Shown here: positions 39,921-53,448 of the stretch, in pieces | Numbering within the stretch: position 1 is the first letter of the stretch | How the letters are laid out: the number at the start of each line of letters is the position of its first letter | NCBI RefSeq assembly: GCF_035594765.1 | Contig: NC_085843.1 | Span: 239,793,971-239,857,970, forward strand | Length of the DNA: 64,000 bases | Direction: 5' to 3' | Origin: Anolis carolinensis | Taxonomy: Eukaryota | Made by a program: the position numbers and the translations under genes | The notes under the pieces: model-generated | What the model was told of the DNA's origin: nothing | What the model saw: only the letters and a program-made list of their open reading frames with translations | Databases searched by the model: none

Positions 39921-40719
39921 GTACAGTTATTTCTGGTCATCAAATCTTTGTCATTTAAACATTTATTTCTTTCATTTTATTTCCAAAAATCAAATTCCTG
40001 TATTGTAAAGATAAGACTCTTTTAACCATTTATGAACAAATTAAATTTAGAATTGATTGTGTTATGTTTCATTTCCTACTTGATAAGTTGCCACTTTCAC
40101 AATTGGTCTAATCATTGTTATTATCACATTTATTAAGATCTCACTTTAAAAAATCTTAGAGTTTTAGATTAAATCATCAGTTGATTGTCAGTACACAAGA
40201 AAGAATATCATATTTCATCACATAATAGTTACCATCGCATAATAGTCAAACCTCCTTTTCAGGGTCCGTTTTCGGTATTTTGCGATTCCGCACATAATAT
40301 TCACATCCATGATTTAGACCACCTCCCTGCTGTAAACGGCCTAGTCTTCTTTTTGAGGAACACAGTTTTAAGTGGATGAATGTATTCGACTTCCCAGCCA
40401 CCTACCTACTCACACATTCATTCGCATGCCCATCTATTTACTCACCCACCCCCTTCCAGGAACACCACTTCAAGCTCTTGAAAGGGGTGGCTGAGCAGAT
40501 GATGAGCATGCAAGTACATGCATGAGTGGGTGGCTGGGTGGAAGGGTGAGTGGATGAATGGGTCAGTGGGTGGGTGAATAAGTGAATGAAGTGGTGGGCA
40601 GGTGGGGCTTTGCGTGAATGATGTGCCCTTGCTAAAAGGGGCCAGAAAGCTGTCAAGCTCTTTAGGCAAGACAGCAAGACATGTGGAGGGAACACTGGAC
40701 TGTTTACATTGTGGAGAAT

Positions 40720-41320
40720 CTTGGAGTCCTTGTGGACAACAAGTTAAATATGAGCCAACAATGTGATGCGGTGGCTAAAAAAGCCAGTGGGATTTTGGCC
40801 TGCATAAATAGGAGTAGTGTCTAGATCCAGGGAAGTCATGCTACCTCTCTATTCCGCCTTGGTCAGACCACACCTGGAATACTGTGTCCAATTCTGGGCA
40901 CCGCAGTTTAAGGGAGATGTTGACAAGCTGGAATGTGTCCAGAGGAGGGAGACTAAAATGATCAAGGGTTTGGAGAACAAGCCCTACGAGGAGTGGCTGA
41001 AAAAACTGGGCATGTTTAACCTGTGGAAGAAAAGGCTGAGAGGAGACATGATAGCCATGTATAAATATGTGAGGTGAAGTCATAGGGAGGTGGGAGCAAG
41101 TTTGTTTTCTGCTGCCCTGGAGACTAGGATGTGGAATAACAGCTTTAAACTACAGGGAAGGAGATTCCACCTGAACATTAGGAAGAACTTCCTCACTGTG
41201 AGAGCTGTTCAGCAGTTGAACTCTCTGCCCCAGAGTGTGGGGGAGGGTCCTTTTTTGGAGGCTTTAAAGCAGATGGCTGGATGGCCATCTGTCGAGGGTG
41301 CTTTGAATGTGATTTTCCTG
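40720..41320 (+). mobile_element. CR1 LINE 3' fragment
   Basis: Same CR1 RT C-terminal motifs as 30105-30672. Confidence 0.93.
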
Positions 41321-42103
41321 TTTCCTTTTTCAAAAAAAAGGAAAAAAGTGTATTATGCAATGGAATATGGTATTTAGTATGGCAATAAAAATTAGTTGAT
41401 AAAGTGTTTGAATTTGATAAGTTAGAACTGAGTACGAGTTTTCTAGGGATAAACCATCTAGTGTGATTGGAGTAAATACTCAACACACCAGATGTCATTC
41501 ACTGATATCTTTCCCCTTGATTGTCAAAGCTGTTTAAAATAGTTGGTATCATCAAATGCCTTGTACTCTGATCTGCCATGATGCTATTTCTGGACTTGTT
41601 GAATGCCTGAGTGAGAAAATGATGGTGCCGGTGACCAAAGTGGCTAGCCCCTAAATCAGCATTTGTGCTTTCCACTCTGTGCAGAATGACTCTCAACCTA
41701 TCCATGTGTCATATCAAAATCCATAGTTCTGGTCCCCAAACTTCCCCTTGACTTAAACATTAGCATATACAGTATATAAGCTTCAAGGAAATGTATTGTA
41801 TATGCACGTAAGGCATAAGGTGTATAACTGGATAGCATGGCAACTTCTGTTTCCTTATTGTGGTAATAAATGGCCTTGTTTCAGCTCTTTTCTTATTAGA
41901 AATTGCTAAGCTTTATATCAGATATTAATGTAGACAGGCTTGAATGTGTTTCTGGATGCCTCTTAATGAAAGTCTACTTGTTGACTCTGAGTCTGTGAGT
42001 AGAATGAAAGATACATGATTATTATTGATAGTTTTGGCTTAGACTGGCTTACATTATAGTTTTTTTTAATTGTTTAACTTTTAATTTATCGTTACCCTTG
42101 AAG

Positions 42104-42284
42104 GAGCAACCAAACGAGCCAAGATAGCCTGTAATACTGATATGGTTCCTTCAGGACACCGCATAGTTGTGATGAGCCAAGTTTATAAGCAAACAATGGC
42201 AAAGAGCTCCAGTACCTTAGAAGATACCCATGTCAAGATTCATCGCTGCTGTGAATCCTTCATCTATTTGCTGTCCCCCTTGAG
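42104..42284 (+). CDS. TBCCD1: TBCCD1 coding exon 4
   Basis: GATKRAKIACNT...HRIVVMSQVYKQT...VKIHRCCESFIYLLSPLR; acceptor TTGAAG inferred from phase. Confidence 0.88.
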
Positions 42285-42395
42285 GTGAGTTAGGTTGCTT
42301 CAGGCAGCCTCAGTAATCTTATTTCAAAGATATTCAGGCTTTGTGTGATTTTCCCTTTCCCCTTTAGCATTAATAGCTTCATCTCTCTCTTTCAG

Positions 42396-42893
42396 ATCGG
42401 TGACAATAGAGAAGTGCAGGAATAGTACCTTTGTTCTGGGTCCAGTACGAACAGTTGTTCACCTCCATAGCTGTGACAACATCAAAGTTATTGTTGTTTG
42501 TCACCGTCTTTCTCTTTCCAAAACTACCAATTGCATCTTGCATATTCTCACTCCAACTCGACCTCTCATCTTACTTGGTAACCAAGCAATAACTCTTGCT
42601 CCATTCCACACCCATTATCCAATGCTTGAAGACCACATGGGGAGGTCAGGATTGGCTACAGTTCCTAATTATTGGGATAATCCCATGTTAGTATGCAGAG
42701 AAAACTGTGATAAGGATGTGTTTAAACTCCTTCAACCTTTGGAATTTTACCCCTTTGTTGTTCCATTTGAAATGGAAGGAGACACAACAGAAATACCTGG
42801 GGGATTGCCACCTGCATACCAGAAGGCACAAAGTCAACGAGAACGGAGAATCCGGATCTGGCAGAAAACCGTAAAAAAAGCAGGCTTGACAAA
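42396..42893 (+). CDS. TBCCD1: TBCCD1 coding exon 5 (TBCC/CARP domain)
   Basis: SVTIEKCRNSTFVLGPV...TPTRPLIL...APFHTHYPMLEDHM...IWQKTVK; AG/GT. Confidence 0.97.
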
Positions 42894-43917
42894 GTAAGTG
42901 ACAGCTTTCTTTAAAGAGGGAGAGGCCAGCTGCTATAGCAGTTTTGGAGCAAAACACTAATAAGTAATATTGTAATATTAAAAAATTACTTAAGTTTGTC
43001 TCTGGTTGGACTATCTGATAATCTGCTTCATTAAGTTACTCAACTCACAAACCTTATAAAGATTTTAGACTGGTCTATGAAATTTTGAACTAACAGTCAA
43101 ATCTGTCAAACGGCACACTTTATGAAAGTGTCATACCAAAGTTCAAGTGAGTCTATTGCTTTAACAAGCTACTCTTGGGGGTGATACTCCTCTATATGTT
43201 TTCGGTAGGCTGCAGTCTAGTGAACAGTTGCCTGAAATTAAAACCCAGGGACTTAATTCTAAGTATGCATCCATAGAATCAGTCAGTGTGCCTGTAACCT
43301 TTTTGCCTGTTCTACCCAAAGAAACCAGATATAGACTTGATTGGTTTGGCATGGTCACTTCCTGCCTTAAGAGCTCTGTGACAAGTCATGACAAGATGAC
43401 TCTTGGTTGTACTTCAAATAGTTTTTGGCTTCCATAATTCCACAGGTAGTATAAGGATGGTCTGAATTTATATGAGTAAAGCTAAAGAATGTTTGTGCAA
43501 CTCTGCACAATACACTGCATTATTTACTATAATATTATTAATATTGCTGCTACAACCAATAAAAACAATAAAATTTGGATGTATTTCTGTAATTCATATG
43601 TTTTATTGATTTTGTGTTTTTTAAATTATTTTATGGGTTTTAAAATTTTTGTTTGCTAAACTTTTTATTATTGTTACATGTTTAAATATTTAGCCTAGAG
43701 TCAAGCTAACATGATATAAACCACGTAACAGGATAAAAATCTTAAAATAGTATATAAATAAGGAAAAATGATAATTGCTGATGTTAACCTAGACTTTTGG
43801 CCAGTATGTATGAGTAAACATTTTCAGTGAGGATTATTGGATTTGCTGGATAAAGCAGTTGGCCTTTTAAGCACAAAATGGCACATACCAACATGCTAAT
43901 ATTTTAATGTGTTTCAG

Positions 43918-44047
43918 AGACCAGAGGAAGGCATTCCAGGTGTTGGTGGAGAAAAAGTTCTCTGAATGGCTTGTTCAAACTGGCAATCTTCAACAACTTG
44001 ACAGCCTGGAACTTCCTGCTGCTGGTTCTAAACAGGCAGCAGGTTAG
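43918..44047 (+). CDS. TBCCD1: TBCCD1 last coding exon
   Basis: DQRKAFQVLVEKKFSEWL...QQLDSL...AAGSKQAAG*; CDS sums to 1662 nt. Confidence 0.95.
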
Positions 44048-47000
44048 AAGAGCATTTGAACTTGACACAAGTGAGTTTAGATGGGTTTAGCTATTATGTT
44101 ACTTATTGTAATTGCGTATGTAAAAGAAACAAGCCCCAGACCACTGCATATGTGCCTGCACACTAAGATCCATATCTTAACAGAATTTCATTTTTTTCTC
44201 ATTTTTGATTGAGTGTCAGAGGTTTAGGAAAATATCCTTGGAATGCTTACTGGTATTATTTTTGCCCAGATCTTTTTCTAAAGGCTACAACTATGGAGCA
44301 ATGGGGTCAAGCATGCTGTTTCTACCTGCTACATCTAACCCAGTGTCCAGCCTGCATGTTGAACAGCTAAATCTGAAAAGATGCAATATTCCTGTTTGCT
44401 TGAGCCCAAGCAGAATGCTCTGCATTTTTCAGGGAGTTGGAATAGGGATAAGTGTCTCCTGTATTTGGTAATCAGCAAAACTAAAAGCTCCAGCTGATAT
44501 GAATCTCCTAAATTTTTGTCTGCCAGGAATATTTTCCAATAAAAAACACCCACATCTCAATTTTCAAGTTGCTTTGATTTAGAAACATGGTATATTAGAT
44601 GAGGTGGGAACTAACTGTAGTTTGCATTTGATAGAGGAAGCACAAAGACAGAATCCATGCAGACTCCAAATATTGAATTGCAACTTCCTTGTTCAGAAGA
44701 CTTGCAAGGAAGTTCTTTTGCTTTTTTCCATCTGGAAGAAAGGCAGAAACAGTATTGCCGAGTGTTAGAGAAGTTGGGAATGTCTAAGACAAATCATTGC
44801 AACCTCTCATTGTGAGCTGTCCCAAATCTGTTTGGCAGATGTCTTTGCCACTAGTAGTGTGTGCGTTCCAGAGATGTTATCTCCCTCTTACTTCTCAACC
44901 CACTCTCTGTTCCTTGTCTTTTCAAGCAAAGCATTGTGGTCTCATTGTACTGATATTTCCCCTGCTCCTTACTTCCCATCTTCTCCATGGGCTCACCAGT
45001 TGAATTAAATTAAATTATTGTCCTAAAATGAAGGTAAAAAAATCATTAAATAGCAAAACAAAACAAAACAAAACAGTTTTGATATTATGAAAAAAGGAAG
45101 CGGTTATTTCTTTTCTTTTCTTTGGCATATTAATTCCTATATGGATCCCAGAAGACCAGTATTAAGAGCTTCAAAATTCCATTTCCTGGGGTAGATGAGG
45201 ATTCTTTATTTGATATCAGAGTAGGACTATCAGAATGCAAAGAATGTTGCCCTTCCAACTTGCCTTTGAAAATAATTTGTTTCAAATGTTTTAATTCTGG
45301 GATTAACTATTGTATGATGAACACAAATAAATAAAAATTCTTTCATCTATTTGCATTTAATAGGACGGAGTTCCATGGTTTTATTAAGTACATGATCAAC
45401 CAAGTCCTGGTCCCTAATTCTAAGTTCACTTGTTTTGCATTGATAACTGCAGTTCAAAAGTCATACTTTTGATAATGTAAAATTTGTTGGCTCTTGGCAT
45501 TGTGGGTCAGTACATCAATAATTGATACCTTAATTTTGAAGAAGGGGCTTAATCTAACCTTAGGTTTTCTCTTGACCAGTAATATATAGCTGATGCTTAA
45601 TACATATAACCTTTCAAGCAGATTCTTGATGCTTCACTTCATTCTTCACTGAACATTTTGTCTGCTTGACATGGTTGCTTACATGTTTCTTCTGTAATGA
45701 AATGTTTGTGAAATTATTGTGGTACATTGTGTGTTTAGAATGTGATAGATTTGTTAATTATGGTATTCAGTAAATAAAAGCACATTTTTCTTCTTTGTTA
45801 CAGTTCTGTCAATGCACTGGAAGTATTTCTTCTTCAAATTTGAGGCTACATCCATTTTGAAGGTTTTTGTGGCATTGCTGATGAATTTGAAATTGTGAAC
45901 TTGCTTAGTAGCATTCTGAAGGAACAGATGGACTTTCTGTTCCTTTCTGTTTGTTTTGGTATCTTTCATTGCCATGCAGTCTTCATAGGAAATTGGGAAA
46001 CCCTGCTGTTAACATGCGAAATTGAGCTTTCTAGCATGTGAAATAAATTACATTTTTGCTGCTGTTAACTGAAAACGGATTGATTTGTATGTAATGTATT
46101 TTTATATCATTGTTTAGCACTTGAACTATGATATTTAGTTAAACAGGATTTTGTTTGTGTTCCATTTCCTTTTTTCTAGATGTTTCTGTGTGTTGAAAAA
46201 ATTCAGTATTATCTTTGTACATCTGGATAATGATTTTGGAGTTGGGCTGGATATGTATAAGACCCATTGCAATATGTGGGGCATAAGTCTTAAATGTGAC
46301 TATCGGCACACCTAAGCTGTTGAATTAATGCATTTTGAGCCACTTTAACTGCTGTCTCTCAATGCTATCAGATCATGGGAACTATAGTTTGATGAAGTAC
46401 CAGCAGTATTTAGCAGAGGAGTCTAAAGACCTTATCAAACTTCAACTCCCAGGATTTCAAAGCCTTGAGCCACAGTAATTAATGCAGTGTTAAACTGCAT
46501 TAATTTTACAGTATATATGTGTGGATCCCTCTCTTTGCTCCCCCTTCAAAGAAATAGCTGTTATGCTGAGTTGTGCACTCCTTTAATATGCTTTGCAGAC
46601 ATAAAAGAATAGTAAAATGTTTCTTACTGAAACACATTTAGCTTGACAGGTGGGTATAAACAGACCCTGTCATTGCTGGGTTCCTGTTAGATCTTGTTTC
46701 CCAGCAAGGGACCCAGTGTCAGCTGCTACAGTGCCTTGACTTGATCCTGTATGTTCGCCCCTATCCCTTTTAATTAAGAACTCAGTAGCAGAAATAAGGT
46801 AAAGATTTTTCAGTCTCTTTCTCCTTCACTGTTTAAAATGCAGATAACTTTTTCGTGAAGAGAAGGGCAGATCTTGGCAGGGCGATGCCAACTCAGTGGG
46901 CTGCATTTTGCCAATTCCTGCACTAGGTGGCTTTGTGGTTTGCAAACAGAGAGTTAGAGCAAGCGAGCTGGGAGATGGAACCTAAACGCTCTTCACCTCC

Positions 47001-48314
47001 CCAAATAATTAAAGTTGGATATCCATTGGTACATTCGTAACTAACCCTGTTTGCCTTGTGTTTTTTTTTCTGAAGATGCAAAAGAGTAAAGTGATTCAAG
47101 CAAGTTTCTCTTGAAAATAAGATGATGAAAAAAAGAAAATGAAAATTTTTAAGTTACTCCTGAAAACTATGTAAGCATCATGGATGCTGTAATGGAAAGT
47201 TAATTAAGTCTTCAGGTATTTCCCAATGCCCATTGCAAAAGCAGTGGGGAGTCACTTTGATCTAAATTCAGTTACTAGTTCCTTTGAATCTCTTGCTGAG
47301 GGTGCGTCTGCTTTGTACAATTAATGCAGTTTGACACCACTTTAACTGCCATGGCTAAATGCTATGGAAACCTGGGATTTATAGTTTGCTGAGGCACCAG
47401 CACTTGCAAAACTATAACTGCCATGATTTCATAGCATTCAGCCATGGCAACTAAAATGGTATCAAACTGCATCAATTGTACAATGCAGATGCACCCTCAG
47501 CAACAGATTGGCATTAATTCTACAGTGTAGATGCACCATAACTATTGAACAATTATTATACCCCTCTGATTCAGTGGGTCTACTTTAGTTGAAACAAACA
47601 GTTTGATTTAGGCCTTTTAGTGCTATGCAGACTTTCTTTAGGTAAGTATTGTTATATTCACTGAGACCTACCTTGTGGGTTTTGTCACTTTGTGAATAAA
47701 ATTTGAAAAATGACTTTTGTACTTTGTTTGTGGTCGCAAACGTAAATGATATGATTTAAACAAAAGTTAATAATTCTCTTCTGAAAGTGTGGTGGCTTTT
47801 GTAATGAAAGTAAACAATACAATTTCATTTCAGAGGGGAAGAATTATCCATGAGAGGTGGGGATTTATTATGGTCCTTTTCAAAACACCCAACCCCAGAA
47901 GTGCTTTGTTATGCTTCTCATTTGTAATGGCTTTAAAGCATGAATGCCTAATTAGTCTAATGCTACAAATGTCGACTCTCATTTATACTTGGGATTCACA
48001 GCATTGCAAGAAGTCCTTTAAAACTTTCCACTTGGACTCAAATGTATTTAAAGTGGCAGTGACTTCTTTAATCGAGTACTATTCAAAAAGTGTTTACTGG
48101 TACAAGGTTTAGTTGTTGCAAAGTTTTGTAGTAAAGCAAGTGCAGGTCACAAACAAATTTCACCTTTGCATTCAAGGTGAAATTAAGTAACCACACATTT
48201 CATGATGTTTTGAGGGACTGTTTCTAATTGTACCAATGCCATCATCCCCAGATTGAAATTAACTTTCTTCACAGAAGGTTTACTTATCTCTTGAGTGAAC
48301 AAAACGTCTGGTTC

Positions 48315-48810
48315 CGGCCCAGTCTACCTGTCCGAACATATCCCTCTGAACCACGTCGGAGGCTCTGCTCTCGATCTCACCCTCTTCACAAGCAGAACTG
48401 GCGGGGATGAAAGACGGGGGTGACTAAAGACAAAGCCTTCTCAGTGGTGGCCCCTTGGCTGTGGAACTCTCTCCCAAGCGATATCAGATCACCCCCTCCC
48501 TCCCAGCCTTTAGAAGAAGAGTGAAGACTTGGCTTTGGAAGCAGGCCTTTGAAAAATAGCGCAGTGCAATAATTTTTAACCAGAAATTGTGCAGTTGATA
48601 TGGAATGGCTTAGACCTTGTTTTTGGATGACATGTCTTATCATTGGAATGTATTTTAACTATGCTTTTATGTTTGTATTAATTTTAACTTAATTTTATCT
48701 CAAGTTTTGTTTTTATGTTCGAGACACAGTATAAGTGCCATTTGTAAGCCTTTTTGAGTTCCTCGAGGTAGAGAAAGGCGGGATATAAATAAAGTAAATA
48801 AATAAATAAA
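48315..48810 (+). mobile_element. L2 LINE 3' end
   Basis: DKAFSVVAPWLWNSLP motif; (TAAA)n tail. Confidence 0.8.
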
Positions 48811-48827
48811 TTTCTGTTGTGCCTTAG

Positions 48828-49050
48828 AATAGAATCATAAGTTGGAAGAGACCCCAAGGGCCATCCAGTCCAACCCACTTCTACCATGCTGGAACACACA
48901 AAGCGCATCCGACAGATGGCCATCTGGCCTCGGCTTAAAAACCTCCAAGGAAGAAGACTCCACCATGTTTTGAGGCAGCATACTCCACTTCCAAACAGTT
49001 CTTACTGTTAGGAAGTTCTTCCTAATGTTTAGGTAGAATCGTTTTTGCAT
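48828..49050 (-). mobile_element. CR1 3' end, tail-to-tail with the L2
   Basis: RFYLNIRKNFLTVR; CR1 3'UTR and ATTCT tail. Confidence 0.85.
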
Positions 49051-49652
49051 GATGACTTGGATTGCAGTAGTTCAAAATGAAATATCAATACTATATCCCA
49101 TTATTTCAGAAAAACTGCTTTTCTCTGGCAGAGATGAATCCCTATGTTGGGTCAGTGATGGACATGAAATAGAGCTGAAGGAGATTATAATCTTGAGTAG
49201 AGTTTTGAGGAACAGTTTTTTTTAAACTCTTAAATTCAGTGGGTATGATGCTATTGGATATTGAGAACTGTCATTCTGAAAAGTAACATTTCCAAGGTCT
49301 GACTTGAGATACATACATACATACATAGTTAAAGCACAAGGAGGTGGGTCTGGTTCAAGTTCAAGTTAGGGGAAAGCAAGAATGATGGAGCGTGCAACCC
49401 AAACATAACAGTGCATTTGCTGGAAGCAATCCCACTTGTTTCATAAGAGTTGTTAGCGTTGCTCACCTCTCGCCCCTTTGAAAGGGATGCAGTCATGTGC
49501 AAAGGGCACAATGGCTTTTTGGGTGCATGAGAACGGGAAGAACTCAAACGAGGCAATGGATGCAGCTTCATTTAGTGGAAAATTTCATTGGACCAAAGGG
49601 GAGAGAAAGTCAGTGGACAAGGATGCACGTTTTCACCACAAAGAAGAAAATA

Positions 49653-49970
49653 CAATAGAGTCACTTATCCAAGCTAAACGGGCTGGCAGAACCTTGGATA
49701 AGCGAATATCTTGGATAATAAGGAGGGATTAAGGAAAAGCCTATTAAACATCAAATTAGGTTATGGTTTTACAAATCAAGCTCCAAAACATCATGTTGTA
49801 CAACAAATTTGACAGAAAAAGTAGTTCAATATGCAGTAATGTTATGTTGTAATTACTGTATTTACGAATTTAGCACCAAAATATGATATATTGAAAACAT
49901 TGACTACAAAAATGCCTTGGATAATCCAGAACTTTGGATAAGCGAGTCTTGGATAAATGAGACTCTACTG
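49653..49970. mobile_element. Tc1/mariner-type MITE
   Basis: Same TIR family, TA flanks. Confidence 0.88.
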
Positions 49971-51161
49971 TATGCCCTCCCTTCAAAGTTTATCCTAAGA
50001 TGTAGTTCCAGACTGATACGGGATTCTGTAGCTTTAAAAAAGTAATGGAACAAATAAATGTTGAAAATTGTTTTCTTGCACAGCTAGTTTCTTAGGTAGA
50101 AGAATAAAAGAAATCTGGGCCTAATAATCCCCTAATATGGTTTGCCACCTATTACTGAAGAATCTCAGTGGATTTGATCCAGATGTGATCATACTTGAAG
50201 TTGATGTATTGAAATCATGACTTTGACTAACTTTCTCCAAATTGATTTCAGTGGGTCTGGATGTAACAATGAAGTTACTGTTTGGGTATTTCCATTCTCA
50301 ACCTCAAATTCTAAATCCTTTCAAACATTTGTTATGAATCCTTGTAAACCATTTTTTTAAAAAATAAGTGCCTAATATATTAGAAAATGGCATACAAGAA
50401 AGAACATTTTGGTCTAGTATATTTTGTATATTTCTATGGGGATTGCAGTCCAGTGTTTCTTGGCTGCCACTACTTTTTGAAATTACTGTCATAATTTCCT
50501 CTTTCTCCCTCGCCAATAAATCCATTTTGGGATTTTACTGTTAAATAATGTCCCAAGTGTATAGGTATAATTCGCTAGCTAATATAAATAAGAAATAAGC
50601 TTCTAGCTGATTTTCAGCTGTGGAAATTCAGACTTTTTAAAATCTTCCTGCACAAAGGCAGACAATTAAAGCTCAATTTGTTACATTAAAAATTGGTTTA
50701 AAGAGTGCCACACTGAAATACAATACTGGAGTCATTGTGTGTGTTATTTCACATACCACAGCTGCTTTCTAGTTTCTTTCCAATTGACATGTTAGAAAAT
50801 ATTGTTGTCAACATTTGATTTATTAAAATGAGAGGAGGTTTGGCTGCATTTCTACATATGTTGGAAATCACATGTCTGTTTTCAGACAAATGCCAGGTCC
50901 CTAAAAGCTCAGAGAGTTGTCTGTGAAAATTTGTCAATTCTTTCTGTTGGCATTTAGATATTTCTAAACCTGGGTTTCATGTATAAGAAGGACAAGGGGA
51001 GACTGAAGATAATCTTAGAAGTTGATGTCAATCCTTATGGCCTTATTGTGGAGAACTGAGGCCTGCAATGTAGATTGCTGATTGTGGCATTTGAATTGCA
51101 AGTATTTAAAGGATGAGAGAGGTATCATCTTGTTGCAGGGTGCTACAAGATAGTTATTTAA

Positions 51162-52380
51162 TAGGCATGGGTAAATTAATCAAAATTGTTAATTGTAATA
51201 AATTTGTTAATCGTAATAAATCTAAACGGGGTTCCGAGGTGGAATTTAACCTTCCAGTTTGACGCGTTGGTGCCCATGCCCCGGAATACCTTCGGATAAC
51301 CTTCGGATATATGAGAAAGTGTTTTAATTCAACCGATCTGTCTAGTTTTCTCTCCTGGCTATCCAGAGAAAACCCCCCTTCCCTTCCTGGTTGGTTTCTA
51401 TGGGGCTCTTAAACCCACTCCTGAGCATTTTCCCTCCTGGTTAGAAGCGGGCTAAGCTTCATAGGAAGAAACCCACTTCTGAACGTTTTCCCTCCTGGTT
51501 AGAAGCAGGCCTGTTTTGAGACAGCACGGTGTAGTAGTGTAGTGATTTGAGGGTTGGACTACGATTGTGGTTTGATTGCCCACTCAGTCATGGAAACCCA
51601 CTGGGTAATCTTGGGCAAATTACACACTCTTAGCCCCAGAAAACCCAATGAAATAGGAAATAACACTTTCAAACCAGGAACAGATTTCCTTATTCAGAGG
51701 CTGATGGCCATCTCTCAGGAGTGATTTGATGGTGTGTTATGATTTCTGTTCCTTGTTGATAAATGTCTTTTCCTAATTTGTTCTGTCATAAAAACATGAC
51801 AAAACTTTATTACACTGCCAAAACTTTGTCTTTGCGCAAGGGACATCTATAAAAAATAGCACATTATGGTTTGTTGAGTCTCTGTCCACCAATTTAACAC
51901 AGTTTCAGCCACAAAAACAAAATTTCTGAAGTAGAACAATGACTTTCAAAGTAAAGACAACCCAATGAAACAGGAAATAAGACTTCCAAACCAGGAACAG
52001 ATTTTTGTTATTATTAAAAATGTTTTTTTTAAAAAAAAACCTTTGGGAATTTGCTAAAAATCTGATGATAAGTCAAATGTTCTTAGATTTGGTGAGCTAA
52101 CAGTGGTAAATATGTTCTCCCACTGTAGAAAATTTCATTGGGATAGCTCAAAAAATGAGGGAGAGAGAAGCCCCTCAAATTTCCCCATTGACAATAATGT
52201 TTTCCTTCATGCGCATGTGTATCCACCATTAACGAGGTACATACAAAGATTCTGAATTTTTGAAAAGTTTCAATTTTTTTGCTTCAAAATTTGGAAATGA
52301 CTTTAGAAATGAAGCACCAGCGCCCCCTACTTTCAAAGTGAGTATTGAACCATTTTTTTTTTATGGATCGCACATGCCTA
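51162..52380. mobile_element. Non-autonomous hAT-type DNA transposon
   Basis: TIR TAGGCATG...CATGCCTA flanked by a perfect 8-bp TSD TTATTTAA (51154-51161, 52381-52388). Confidence 0.85.
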
Positions 52381-52584
52381 TTATTTAATGTGTGTTTGTA
52401 CACTCTGTATGTAAGTTATAAAAGAGAGGTAGCTGCCCTGTCAGTGGGCCAGTGAATCTACTCTGGGTTTTAGTCTTTAGAGAAGGTATTCATACTTGTG
52501 ACCTCTGAGCTGCAAATGTTTAGCTTGGGTAGCTTTTTTAAAGTTTAGACTAAAACTTCAGTTCATGGAAGTCACCTTAGTCAG

Positions 52585-53448
52585 TCATGGTGTCACCTTA
52601 GATCGAACACTAATATGTAGAAAGCACTGTATATGTAGAAAGCACCAAGCAAAAAGTTCTGCATGCAATAACATCCTGCAGAAACCTACTGGCAGTACAT
52701 GGGGTGCAGACCTAACATTTATAAGAACATCAGCCCTGGCCTTGTCTTAGTCAACTGCTGAGTATGCCTGTTCTGTCTGGCACAAGTCTGTCCACGTGAA
52801 GCAGGTGAACATAGTACTGAACAAAACATGCAGAATAATCACATGTTGCCTTAAATCTACACCTGTTGATAAACTCTACAAGCTAGCTAGCATTGTCCCC
52901 TCGATGTGCAACGGGAAGTTGTTGCTAACTGTGAGAGAAATAAGGTTGAACACCGTGAAAGCCATCCACTGCATGGCCATCAGCTTCCTCCCAGTAGACT
53001 CAAATCATGAAAGTTTCATGAGAACCACCACTCCTCTTAATGTTTCTCTAGCAACAGCAAGAGTATCCCTCTGGGCAGCTAAACCAGGCAATCCCAAATG
53101 GATACCCCCCCATGAGGGTCTGCTCCCAGGGGCAAACCAAGTATGGGCAACTTTGAAGTCCCTGAACAGATTCAGAAGTGGAGTGGACAGATCAAAAGAC
53201 AACCTGGTAAGATGGCACTACCTGGAGGAATCCTCCACCTTGTGTGACTGGAGCAGAACAAACAACTCTGCATATGTATGCTTGACCACAACGTCCTGTC
53301 TCATGTACAGAGGAAGAGTTGCTTAAAGCTACAGACAATGTGGTTGCTGTTGCCTGCTTTTGGTCTAAAACTATTTAGTTGCTTGTGATCCCTTTATTTT
53401 ATCAGTTTTGAAATTTTGCATTAGGCAATGCTTTTGACACGAAATAAA
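52585..53448 (+). mobile_element. Vingi/Ingi-like LINE 3' portion (degenerate)
   Basis: GVTLDRTL, GSTWGAD...IRTSALAL, EYAC.VW, CRIIT.CLK.TP motifs; tail TTTTGACACGAAATAAAT. Confidence 0.8.
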
